DNA of 64,000 bases from Mobula hypostoma (lineage: Eukaryota): positions 158,536,001 to 158,600,000 of the forward strand of contig NC_086097.1 of the NCBI RefSeq assembly GCF_963921235.1, read 5' to 3'. A program made the position numbers and the translations under genes. Below the pieces are notes generated by a model. The model was not told where the DNA came from, did not search any database, and saw only the letters and a program-made list of their open reading frames with translations. Position 1 is the stretch's first letter, and every line of letters starts with the position of its first letter. Positions 25,432 to 37,324 of the stretch are shown here, in pieces.

Positions 25432-25831
25432 GAAACCTCATACTGTCTGGGTAGTCTCCAGCCCCTTAGCACGAACATTGAATTCTCCAACTTCTGGTAA
25501 ATCCCTCCCCTTCCTCTCCCGCTCCTTTCCCCCATCCCAGTTTCACTCTGCCCCTCCCCCAGCTGCATATCACCTCCCTCATGGTTCCGTCTCCTTCTAC
25601 TACCATTGTGCTTTCCCCTATTCCTTCTTCACCTTTCCTGCCCATCCCCTCCCCCACCCCTTGATCATTCCCCTCACTGGTGTTTCACCTGGCACCTACC
25701 AGCCCTCTCCTTCCCACCCTCCCTCCACCTTCTTTATAGGGCTTCTGCCCCCTCCCTCTTCAGTCCTGATGAAGGGTCTCGGCCCGAAATGTTGCCTGTT
25801 TGTTTCCACGGATGCTGCCTGATCTGCTGAG
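25432..25831 (+). mobile_element. Penelope 3' fragment (inverted partner of 20257-21574)
   Basis: YCLGSLQPLSTNIEFSNFW*; hammerhead-like cagtcctgatgaagggtctcggcccgaaatgttg at 25761. Confidence 0.85.
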
Positions 25832-25978
25832 ATACAGCTTGGCACCGGTGTCGTCACAGAGCAATGTGTGCTTAAGTGCCTTGCTCAGGGACACAGCACA
25901 CTGCCTCAGCTGAGGCTCAAACTAGTGACCTTCAGATCACTAGACCAACGCCTTAACCACTTGGCCACACGCCAACAC
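25832..25978 (-). mobile_element. tRNA-derived SINE 5' part
   Basis: Minus strand: A box TGGCCAAGTGG, degenerate B box GTTTGAGCC, then gtgtccctgagcaaggcacttaa. Confidence 0.7.
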
Positions 25979-26505
25979 ATTTGGAGTATTGTGTGCAGTT
26001 TTGGTCACCTACTAGCAGGAAATTTGTAAATAAGGTTGTAAGGGTACAGAGAAAATTTACAAGGATGTTGCCAAGACTGGAGGACCTAAGAATAGATTGA
26101 ATAGCTTCAGACTTTATTTCTTGGAATGTAGAAGACTGAGGAGAGATTTGACAGAGGTATCCAAAATTATGGGGGTATAGACAGCATAAATGCAAGCAGG
26201 CTTTTTCCACTGACGTTGGGTGGGACTGCAAGTAGAGTTAATGGTGAAAGGTGAAAAGCTTACGGGGAGCATGAGGGGAATCTTCCTCACTCAAAGGCTC
26301 ATGAGCGTAGAATGAGCTGCCCATGCAAATGGTGCATGTGAGCTCGATTTCATTGTTTAAGAAAAGTTTGGATAGGTACATGGATGGGAGGGGTATGGAG
26401 TGCTATGGTCTGGGTGCAGGTCGATGGGACTTGGTAGCTTAAATGGTTCTGCACAGAGTAGATGGGGCAAAGAGCCTGTTTCTGTGCTGTACTTTTCTAT
26501 GACTC
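25979..26505 (+). mobile_element. CR1 LINE 3' end
   Basis: LEYCVQFWSP...VQRKFTRMLP; tail gggcaaagagcctgtttctgtgctgtacttttctatgactct. Confidence 0.8.
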
Positions 26506-27759
26506 TTTTTGGTGGTGAACTTCTACAGAAAAAGGTTTTATTAAAAGCTAGAGACCTATTCTTTACTGAGACATTCAGTTTTTATCACCATTCCCCATAC
26601 CCATCCACCCCAGTCCCACATTCATAATGAATTCTGATGATTCTTTTCTTTTGAATTAAACTCTTTGAAGTGCAAAGCTCAATTATTAGAATGTATGGAC
26701 TATTATCATTTCAAAGTGTGTTTAAAATATTTGATGGACTTTTCCCTTTTTTGTTTTTAATATTGAATTGATTTTGGAAAGCACAATTTTTTTTTCTTTG
26801 TGGATCAATGTGTCATGTTAAGTGGTGAGTGGTTTCCAGTGTAAAGTGCTGTCAGACAGGATTGTCACCTAAAGGTCAACTTCACAGTTGTTACATAGAT
26901 GCTAACTATGCATGTGCTCTCTTTGAGGGGAAAAACAGCAAATGTTTATTGAATTTATGGGATATGCTTAATGTGTAAACTGCAGAAAATTCATGCTTCA
27001 TGTGTTTTAGATTGACTGTCTTCCCCAGTGGCAGAAGCTGGTAGCCTGTGAGGAGAATGTTGTACGAGCCAGTCCATGTTCCTTTTGGATTGTCTTAAAT
27101 GATAATGTTGTCATGCACTATATCAACAGATGGAAATATGCTTGGCTCAGATTATCTACTACTTCAGTTTGCACAACAGTAGTTTGCTCTAGTTCTGCAT
27201 TTGTCGCTGTATTTTTGTTGAATTTATTATTACCATGTAGACTGTTTATTCCTACTTTATGCAAGCAAGGAATTACATTGCACCTTTGCACATATGACAA
27301 TACCCAAATCTAATCTTCTATATTCAGTTAGTTTGCTGATTTGAAGGCCTGAGATTCATTGCTTAAGAAAGATGCTTGTGTGAGGTACGTACTGCAGGCT
27401 TGAAGGACAAATGAAGGCTAATATTTCACAGTTAGTGGATCAATGGAAAGCAGCAAAAGGAAGGAGGATGTTTGTTTTCTTTTGCTGGGTCCCTTTCTGC
27501 CTTTCAGGCCAAAGGAGGTTGCTTGAGGCTTCTGACAGCAGCACAGCAGAAAATGACTCGAGATGGAGTAACATGAGCATGAGAGTGGGATTGAGACGAT
27601 AGTTTGTGACAATTGATACAAAAATGCAAGGACCTGACTTTGATCCTGAGGATGATCCCCAAGTAGTGCTATGTTATTAGGGAATGTGTGAGCTTTATAG
27701 ACTGGCAAAATCTTCCAGTCGAATCACTAAGCCAAATGTTTCATTGAGAAGTAGACATA

Positions 27760-27900
27760 AGACCCTGACCATCTGAGTTCCTCCAGCATTTTGTTTGCTG
27801 CTTCAGTCTAGATGAAGGGTCTCAACTCAAAATGTTGACTTTCTATTTCACTCCAAAGATGCCACCTATCTCCTCTAGTAATCTTGTTTTGTTTTCAGAT
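27760..27900 (+). mobile_element. Penelope terminal-repeat fragments (tandem)
   Basis: ctgagttcctccagcattttg and cagtctagatgaagggtctcaactcaaaatgttgact. Confidence 0.6.
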
Positions 27901-28114
27901 CAAACCTGTATTCCCTCAATGGAGGCAGATGCTTTTTTAGCTTTTTACTTCTGGTCCACTTCAAGCTAGTAAAATTCTCAATATTTTAATTCAATTCTCA
28001 AATAAATTACATAAACTTAGCAGCAGTACTTAGTACAAAACCGTCTGAGTGTTACAATTCCTAAGTTGCATTTCTTTGAAACCAAACTCTCTTTGCCAAT
28101 ATTTACAACTGGCA

Positions 28115-28375
28115 TGTGTCAGATTTTTTTTTCTCACACTGGTAGTAGATCTCAGAAATTTTCTCGCATGGGGGGCTGTGGAGATTTGAACACTGTAGAT
28201 ATTTAAGGAGGTTGCAGGTAAACCTTTGACAGGCCAGGAAATTAAAGATGACCTGGAATTAGTACAGAAAAGGATTTGAGGCCTAGATCATCCATGATTG
28301 TTTTGAATGGAAGATCAGTCTTGAGGGAGCTATGTACCCTCCCCTTGATCCTGTTTTCTTTTGTTCTTATGATCT
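28115..28375 (+). mobile_element. Old CR1 3' end
   Basis: ttttctcacactggtagtagatctcagaaa...gatcatccatgattgttttgaatgg...ttgttcttatgatct. Confidence 0.55.
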
Positions 28376-28569
28376 GAGTAAGTCATTGCTCTGCAGCTGA
28401 GCTCCATGATGTCTGTCAGTGTTTGACCGCAAGGCCATTTGACCACATGTGTCTAGATATCTGAGGAGCGTTGAGGCATGATTAGCCGCATTGATTTCAC
28501 TCAGCACTGATCAGATCTTTTTTTAATATATCTTGCCTGCTGGCACAACTTCCTCTCTTTGTTCTAAAT

Positions 28570-30040
28570 TCACAGTGTAGTACAACATGGATATGGATGC
28601 TTTGGCCTGTCTCATCTTGATGCTCATCTGAGCTTGTCCCATTTGCCTGCTTTTTGCCCATGCCCCTTTAAAACTTTCCTACCCATGTACCTGACCAAAT
28701 GTCTTTGAAGTGTTGTTACTGTACCCACCTTAACAACTTCCTCTGGCAGCTTGTTCCCTATATGCATCATCTTCTCATCTTCTGTGTGATTTTGTTTCTC
28801 AGGTCCCTCTCACCTCAAAACAATGCCAACTAATATTTATTTTCCTTTCTGTGGGGGGAAAAAAAACTGTGCATTCATTTTACCTATAACCCTCATGATC
28901 TTATGCGCCTCTGTAAGGTCACTCTTCAGTCTCCTACAATCCAAGGAATAAAGCCCTATCCTGCCCAAACTCTTCCTATAACCCAGGTCTACACGGCCTG
29001 ACAGCATTCTTGTAAATCTTTAGACTGTTTCTAGCTTAATACTTTCTTTCCTATAACGTATGGCCCTCTGTTGATTGAAGTAGACCACGGTTGCATCGTA
29101 GCTATCGAGTATAGGTTGTTAATGCAGTGCCGCCTGTGGCTGGTGGGACCAACATGAGAGTGGCAGTCTCTGCACTGCATCTGTAAGTGGTCTCAGCTCT
29201 GCTGCAGATGCAACATTCCTTTCTATGGCCCAATTGTCTTCTGCCACATCCAGGAATTTTCTCTTGCTTGACTTAAGGTGCTGTTTTCATGTCCCATTTG
29301 CAGACATCCTTGTAGCGCAGTTGCAGGCAGCCTGTGGTCCTCTTGTCTGAAGCAAGCTCAACGTAGAGGATGTCTTTTGGGATGCGGCCATCTTGCATGT
29401 GGTAGACATAGGCCAGCCAGCACAGCCTACACTGCCTGAGCAGGGTGTATATGCTAGGGAGTCCGGCATGTGAGCAAACCTCAGCAGTGGGTGCTCTGTC
29501 TTTCCAGGAGACGCCAGAGATGCAACAAAGGCACCTTAAATAGAAGATGTTGAGCCTTCTCTCCTACTGATTGTAAGTTGTTTGGGTCACGCCGCTGTAC
29601 AACTGTATCCTGATGACATGAGTGTTGTACACTGCCATCGTTGTTTCAATTGTCAATTTGCAGTTTTCTGAGAGTCATGTGGCAAGGCAGTCAAGAGTTG
29701 TTGCAGCATTCCTGTGGTACTTGTCGATTGATGCGTCCAAGCAGAGATTATCACTGATAACCAGTTGGTTGTTATCAATGGTAATGACTGATGCTACCTC
29801 CATGTCCTGAACCAAGGCATTAGTCTTCTTTAGGCTGATAGTCAGATGAAATTCCTTGCAGGCCTGGTATGTGCTGCGGTGTGTGCATCTTCAGCAAACA
29901 GCATGTCTCTAATCATAGTCTCGTGCATTTTGGTTTTGGCGCTTAGGTGATAACTACTGTATATTCCTATAATAGGGTAACCGAACTGTACACAGTACTC
30001 TGGGTGCAGCCTCACCAACATCTCGCACAACTCACCAATG
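28570..30040 (-). mobile_element. CR1 3' end, interrupted by an RTE
   Basis: Antisense CR1 tail and ORF2 end; resumes at 29964 (MLVRLHPEYCVQF on the minus strand). Confidence 0.7.
29057..29963 (-). mobile_element. RTE (BovB-like clade) LINE 3' fragment with 9-bp TSD
   Basis: AKTK..IRDMLFAED; MQDGRIPKDILYVEL..RYKDVCK; TSD ttcctataa at 29048-29056 and 29964-29972. Confidence 0.85.
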
Positions 30041-30459
30041 TCTTGTTATCTTATCCTCAGGTTCACTTATGTTATGATTCCAAGTGAAATTTCTGATTAT
30101 GAATCTGAACATTTCAATATTTCTTCTGACAAAGAATGATAGATAGTTTTACAGATTTTCCCTTCATTTTTATCATCAGCTAATTAAAGATATCTGGAGC
30201 ATTTTAAAATTATATTTATTATCTAAACTCATCATTGCTTTCAAGTCAGTCTTAATTCAATATTTTACCAGCCATTGCTTCAAAGTTAGTTTGTATTTAA
30301 GAGGGAAAAACTAATTGTTGGTATAAAATGAAAAGAAATTGCTGGCAGTATGACTTCAACAGATCGCAGGACAATCTTACTATTTTTTTCTACACATTGG
30401 AGTTGACAAATAACGTCATTTAAGGGATACAGTGAGGAAAAAGTAAACTTTTTGGCAGG

Positions 30460-31256
30460 TAAACACACTCAATGTCAGCAAGACTAAGGGGCTGATTGTT
30501 GACTTCAGGAGAAGGGAACAGGAAGTCTATGAGTCAGTCCTCTTTGGGAGATCAGAAATGGAGAGGGTCAGAAAATTTCAATCCCTCTGTGTTACCATTT
30601 CAGAGGATCTATCCTGGGTCCAGCATGTAAGTATCATTACATAAAAAGTACGGTGGCGTCTCCATTTTTTTTAGAAGTTTGCGAAGATTTGGCACGTCAT
30701 CTAAAACTTTGACTGACTTCTCTAGGTGTGCGTTGGAGCGTAATATTGACTGCTTATGTCATGGCCTAGTATGGAAACACGAATGCCACTGAATGGAAGA
30801 GCAAATAAAAAGTAGTAGATGTGGTCCGGTCTATCACCGGTTAAAGCCGTGCCTACCATTGAGCACATCTACGCGGAGTGTTGTTGCAGGAAAGCAGCAT
30901 CCATCACCAAAGACCCCCAATATCCAGCTATGCTCTCTTCACTCTGCAGCCATCAGGAAGAAGATACAGGAACCTCAGGACTCATACCTCCAGGTTTAGG
31001 AATAGTTAATACCCTGAAGCCATCAGGCTCTTGAAGCAGAGGGGACAACTTCACTCAACTTCACTTGTCCCATCATTGAACTATTCCTACAACCTATGGA
31101 CTCATGCCTTTCCGTCCTTTTAGGGGCAGTCTTTTATTGATTCAAAAGTATTATTTGTATTTACTGAGAATTCCTGCCAGAAAATGAATCTTGGGATTGT
31201 ATATGGTGACATATATGTACTTTAAAAATAAATGTACTTTGAACCATTTGAACTTT
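30460..31256 (+). mobile_element. Rex1 LINE 3' fragment
   Basis: LNVSKTKGLIVDFRR; PTIEHIY..CCRKAASITKDP; tail aataaatgtactttgaacc..tttgaacttt. Confidence 0.8.
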
Positions 31257-32859
31257 AAGGTATAAGCATGTAATTGAGTAAATGTAGAGTTGGAGAATTA
31301 ATGTAGAAGATGGTAAGCTTACATTTTAGCTGATGTTGTAGTGTGTGAAGGAAGAGAAATGGGTGCAGTTACTATTACAAGAGAGAAGGTGCTCAAAAAG
31401 CTAAAAGACCTAAACCTGTACCAGATGAACTGCACCCTAGGGTTCTGAAAGAGTAGCTTTAGAGATTTTGGTGGCATTAGAAATAATCTTTCAAAAATCA
31501 TTGGACTCTGGCATGGTGCCACAGGACTGGAAAATTGCAAATGTCACTCCATTCTTTAAGAAAGGAGGAAGGCCACAGAAAGGAAATTATAGACCAGTTA
31601 GCCTGACCGCAGTGGTTGGGAAGATGTTAGACTCAATTGTTAAGGATGAGGTGATGGAGTTCTTGGTGACACAGGACAAGATAGTACAAGGCCAGCATGG
31701 TTTCCTTCAGGGAAAATCCTGCCTGATGAACCTATTGGAATTCTTTGACAAGATTACATGTAGGATAGATAAAAGGGATGCGGTGGGTGCTATATATTTA
31801 ACAAGGTGCCACACATGCAGCTGCCTACCAAGTTAAAAGCCCATGATATTACAGGAAAGTTACTAACACGGTTAGAGTATTGGCTGATTAGTAGGAAGCA
31901 GTGAGTGGGAATAAAAGGATCCTTTTCTGGTTGACTGCCAGTGACTAGTGGTGTTCCGCAGAGGTTGGTGTTGTGACCACTTCTTTTTATGCTGTATATA
32001 AATAATTTAGATGATGGAATAGATGGCTTTGTTGCCAAGTTTACAGTTGATATGACGAGTGGTGGAGGGGCAAGTAGTGTTGAGGGAACAAGGGGGATGT
32101 AGGAGGACTTAGACAGATTAGGAGAAAGGGCAGGAAAGTGGCAAATGAAATACAATGTTAGAAAATGCATGGTCACGCACTTTGGTAGTAGAAATAAATG
32201 TGGGGACTATTTTCTAAATGGGGAGAAAATCCAAAGATTTGGGATACGAAGGGACTTGGGAATCCTTGTGCAGAACACCCTAAAGGTTAACTTACAGTTT
32301 GAGTATGTGGTGAGGAAGGCAAATGCAATGTTAGCATTCATTTCAAGAGGTCTAGAATACAAGAGCAGGAATGTGATGCCGAGGATTTATAAGGCACTGG
32401 TGAGGCCTCAGTTTGGGTATTGTGAACAGTTTTGGGGCCCTCATCGTAGAAAAGATGTGCTGGCAATGGGAGAGGGTCCAGAGGAGGTTCACAAGGATGA
32501 TTCCAGGAATGAAAGGGCTATCATACAAGGAATGTTTGATGACTCTGGGTCTGTACTCACTGGAATTCAGAAGAATGAGAGGGGATCTCATTGAAACTTG
32601 TCGAATGTTGAAAGGCCTAGACAGAGTAGATGTGGAAAGGATGTTTCCCATGGTGGGAGAGTCTACGACAAGAGGACACAGCCTCAGGATAGGGGGGCGT
32701 TCTTTCACAACAGAGATGCGGATAAATTTCTTTAGCCAGAGGCTGGTGAATTTGTGGAATTTTTTGCCGCACGCAACTGTGGAGTCCAGGTCGTTGGGTG
32801 TATTTAAGGTAGGGATTGATAGGTCCTTGATTGGACATGGCATCAAAAGTTATGGAGAG

Positions 32860-34815
32860 GGGGGCGACACGTGATGACAAGGGATTGAGACGTGTAAATC
32901 CAGCTCTCCCGTAAAAAATCAGCAAAATACCGTTTAATCAAAGTAAAGTTAATAAATACTTTCTGAAAACTACTTATAAACTTTGTAAGACTGCTCTACG
33001 ATATGCCTCGTAAACCGCAACAGAAGAAGTCTGTTGTTGTGAAGTCGCCGCGAGATGGGAAGAAAAAAGGGCCTACTGCAGTGATGGAGCCTCAGATTCA
33101 GGTTGGATCTCCTTCGGAGGAGACGCATTTTATCTCTGGCGTAGAAGAACAGGGAGCAATGGTGGCGGTAGCGGTCTCTCGGAAGAAGATGCCGGAAATG
33201 CGCATGCACAAATCGACACAACTTAAACTACAAGAACCGACGGCCATTGCAACTGAAAGTGACTCAGAGTATGAATTGGACACCACAGAGAATACAGATG
33301 AAGAAGAGGAGGAAGAACTGGAAGAGACTGGAAGTAAAGGAGACGACGGAGACATAAGAGAGGCTTTATTACAATTAACGACTGAACTAAGAAAATTAAG
33401 AACAGAGCTTAGAGACGTGAAGATGTGCTATGATAAAGCTATGAAAAGACAGGACAAAATGGATAAGAAACTTCAGAAGATGGAAAGAACAATGGAGAAT
33501 ATTAATAACAGAGTGGAAAAAACAGAAAATGGTGTGCTTGTCTGGGACACGGAAAGAAATCAACTCTTGGAGAAAGTGGACGTGTTGGAAAATTTTAGTA
33601 GACGTAATAATATTAAAATTGTTGGTCTTAAAGAAGGTATAGAGGGAGATAATCCAATAGAATTTTTTCAAAGATGGATCCTGAAAACCTTGCAAATGAA
33701 AGAGGAAGACCGATCAATTGAAATTGAGCGGGTACATAGAGCTCTAAGACCAAAACGACAAGATGACCAATATCGACGATCAATTTTAATAAAATTCTTA
33801 AGATTTCAAGACAAAGAAAGGATTCTACAGGTGGCTGCCCAAGCTGCCAAGAAGAGAAAAGGGCCACTGAAGGGAAGAAGAAGGGAAGAAAATTTTTTTC
33901 TACCCTGACATAAGTTATGAACTTTTGAAGAGAAGGAAGAAATTTAATCCAGTGAAAAAAGCCCTATAGGATCACAGTTATCAACTTATATTGCGTTATC
34001 CTGCAACCTTGAAGATTTTTTTGGCTGGTGGAGAAAAAAGATTTTTTGACGATTACCGGAAAGCGGAGGAGTTTGTGCGAGATTCTTTGAATATTCACCA
34101 GATACAAGAACAAACTCAGGGGAGCGAGATGGATTGAAGATGAAGTTTGGATCAAGGAATAGGCCTGTTGGATTTTTAGGCGATTGAATATATAAATATA
34201 TTATTAATTATATGAGGGAGGGGAAGAAAGGTTAAAATTTGAGGAATACTAGCTGGGAATAATGGCATTAATTTCTTTTTTATGTATATACAATTTTTTG
34301 TTACGGGGGAGCTGGAAGAAATACTGACCAATCGCTACGTTATTCATGTGTGCAAGAGTGGCAATAGACACGACCCACAAAGTGGAGGGGGGTAGTGTTA
34401 TGTATCTTTTCATTCACAACATTAGTGGGGGGGGGTATTTTGTTTTTTCTTTTTTTTGTATCTTATCTATCTTTTTTTTCTTTTTGGATGATTGGGAGGG
34501 AAACCCATAGCAACATGGTAAAGTTCAAAGAGATTTCCCAGGGAACTATGAGAGTTGAGAAGCTAAGTAATGTTTACTTTATAAGATAAACACCTTGGTT
34601 CCTTGGGGAAAGTAACAAATATATATTAAATATATTTTTAATCCCATGGAGTATGTGGAATCCTTCCAATATTCAGGCGGTTCTCCTTTTTTTTTTCTCT
34701 TTTTTCTTTTCTCTTTAGGTAGGAGTACATATCGGGGGGGAGGGTTAAGGGGAGGGGGGAGGGTAGATATTATTTTCTGTTGTATTCACTTTGAAAACTC
34801 ATAAAAATTATATAA
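32860..34815 (+). mobile_element. ORF1-only L1-clade element (HAL1-like / internally deleted L1), both ends intact
   Basis: 15-bp TSD aaaagttatggagag at 32845-32859 and 34816-34830; G-rich 5' start, ORF1, T-rich spacer, G-rich 3' UTR and A-rich tail; no endonuclease or RT motifs seen. Confidence 0.85.
33003..34137 (+). pseudogene. L1 ORF1p (coiled coil + RRM + CTD) with a frameshift and a stop
   Basis: LENFSRRNNIKIVGLKEG, IEIERVHR, ILIKFLRFQDKERIL; a frameshift near 33870-33900 continues YPDISYELLKRRKKF..L*..LRYPATLKI to TGA at 34137. Confidence 0.85.
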
Positions 34816-35259
34816 AAAAGTTATGGAGAGAAGGCTGGGAACTGGGGTTGAGGAGGAGATAGAGAAAAGGATCAGCCATGATTGAATGGCGGAGCAGACT
34901 CAATGGGCCAGATGGCCCAATTCTACTCTTGTGTCTTGTGGTCTTACGGTCTTTTTTTGACTGTCAGCAGATTGGGAGCACTCTTATGAACTAGCTGTGG
35001 AAAGTTTTGATTCAGGAATGCATGGAGAAGTAGGTGGTGTAGGGAAGTAACATTTTGAGGGGCATGGGATATTCGATACTGGCTTTCTCACAGTTCTTAA
35101 TACAGAAATAACAAATTCACAAGATATTGCAAAAGGTATGGAAATAACCATGAATATGTAGAAGAGTTGAGGGTAGGATAATGTTAAGTGTGCACTGGAC
35201 CATAATGGATAATATAGAGAAGCCAAGGGCAGAAAAAATGGTGACTGAAGTCATAAGAA

Positions 35260-35430
35260 ATCACTTGTTACAGAGACTGATGCAAGGAAAGGAGAATTGT
35301 CCATTCAGAAATCCGACGGCGGTGGGAAAGAAGCTGTTCCTAAAATGTTGAGTGTGTATCTTCAGGCTCCTGTATCTCCTTCTTGATGTTAGCGATGAGA
35401 AGAGGACATGTCCTTTGTGATTTGGTGATT
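35260..35430 (-). mobile_element. Rex1 3' fragment
   Basis: GHVLFSSLTSRRRYRSLKIHTQHFRNSFFP. Confidence 0.7.
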
Positions 35431-35764
35431 TGAAGCAACTAGAATATTGAGAGTGAAAAAGGCGGTGGATAAGTTGCAATGCCTGAAAGAATGGAAGACA
35501 GAGGGTGGAGACTTAGAAATTACTTACTGATGAAGACCGTGCTTCAACCACAGCAGTATGAACCAAGCATTTGATTTCTAAGTATAGCGAGATGATGACG
35601 CTAAACAGAGGAACTAGTTGTTCCTGCCAGCACATAAAGTTTTAAAGCTTGCATGTTACTGCGGTTATTAAAAATAGCCAGTGAATAACAACGTTTATTC
35701 TTCATCAGTGAAGAAGATTTTCTCCAGAGAAGTATGAAAATGGATAATGACTGATGATATCATC

Positions 35765-36422
35765 AATTGTAAGAAAGCACGGCAGTGCCTGTACTACTTC
35801 AGGAGTCTGCAGAGATTCAGCATGACATCAAAAACTTTGACAAACTTCTTTCGGGGTGTAGTGGAGAGTGTATCGTCTGGCTGCAGCTCAGCCTGTATGC
35901 TAACACCCATGCTTTTGAACGGAAAATCCTACAAAAGGTAGTGGATTTGGTCAGTATATCACAGGCTTATATCCCCCTTAACCATTGAGCACATCTACGT
36001 GAAGCACTGTCGTAGGAAAGCAGCATTCATCTTCAAAAATCTTCACTATGTAGGCCATACTCTTTTCTCACTGCTGTCATCGGGTAGAAGGTACAAGAGC
36101 CTCAGGACTTGCTCCATCAGGTTCTAGAACAATTGCTATCCCACAATCATCAGGCTCTTGAACAAAAGGGGATAACTATACTTACTTGTCCACCCATTGA
36201 GATGTTCCCGCAACCAATGATCTCACTTTAAAGACTCTTTATCTTGTTATTTATATTTGCATTTGCACAGTTTGTTGTCTTCTGCACTGTGGTTGATCTT
36301 TCATTGAACCTGTTTTTGTTACTGTTCTATAGATTTGCTGAGTATACCCACAGGAAAATGAATCTCAGAGTTGACATATATGTACTCTGATAATGAAATT
36401 TACTTTGAAATTTGAACTTTTT
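35765..36422 (+). mobile_element. Rex1 3' fragment
   Basis: KKARQCLYYFRSLQRFSMTSKTLTNF; tail tttactttgaaatttgaacttt. Confidence 0.8.
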
Positions 36423-36711
36423 GAGCAAATTGGAGTGAGGTAAAGAACATAAATCAGTTTGTAATAATTGTGTAGGATTGAAAGGTCGTAATCAATAGGA
36501 TGTTAGTCTTCAGTGACTGAGTTAGTGTGATGCTTATATTTGGGAATAAAGTTCTTCTCATTGATCTTTTGGGGATTGCCACTTAGAGATGTGATAGGCA
36601 CTGGTCTAACTCATGGAATATCACTCATTTTATCCAAGGAGGATTCAAGTGCCTAGAATGACGATGGTAGAGCAAGAAAGTAAAGGATGTGAGTATGCAG
36701 TAGGTCACCAG

Positions 36712-37280
36712 GAAGTTCAAAGTTCAAAAGTTCAAAGTACATTTATTCTCAAAGTAATACACATTATATAATCTTGAGATTTGTCTCCTAAGAGGCAGCC
36801 ACGAAACAAACAAACCCAAAAGGCTGTCGAACACCTAATGTGTGGAGAGAAGAAAAAACACATCATGCAATAAAAAAGAACCCATAAAAAAAACCCATAT
36901 TTCAAAAAAGACCGTCGAACAACCAATGTGCAAAGATAAGAAGAACCCCCAAGCAAATAGCGTTCTGAGCTGAAGTCCGCAAGAGAGTTCCATAGTTCAT
37001 CACAGAGCCTGGTAAACCACATGGAGTAATAATCCAAACCCTCAGTTTGGGCCCTGATCCCTGACCTTTTCGATCTGACCTGTTGCCTAAATCTACGTCC
37101 AAACATTAGCTTCAATCGCCTCAATACACTCTGGGAGCTGGACACCACCGCCACGATTCGGCCTGTAATCGACCTTTATGATTTGGCACAACTCTTAAGT
37201 ATCCATTGAAACATCGAGGTCAGTCAAATTGGTACACTCTGGGGCCTGGACCTCGTTACCTCTATTCGGCCTGTAACGGA
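36712..37280 (-). mobile_element. Non-autonomous retroposon with Rex1-type (TTTGAAC)n tail
   Basis: aagttcaaagttcaaaagttcaaagtacatttatt tail; non-coding body similar in style to 50160-50705 and 52234-52853. Confidence 0.6.
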
Positions 37281-37324
37281 GCAGAATATGTGGAAATTGG
37301 GGGTACTGAAATTGGCTAAATTAG

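Larger units (their letters stand above)
31320..34952 (+). mobile_element. CR1 ORF2 (RT) and 3' UTR, interrupted by an L1 derivative
   Basis: VPQDWKIANVTPFFKKG..NYRPVSLT..QHGFLQGKSC; KYNVRKCMVTHFG; ERVQRRFTRMIPG; tail resumes at 34816. Confidence 0.9.

Noticed and set aside
27011..27313. Open frame after tgttttag (IDCLPQWQKLV...)
   Set aside because: Runs into a LINE 3' tail; no recognisable protein or clear donor site
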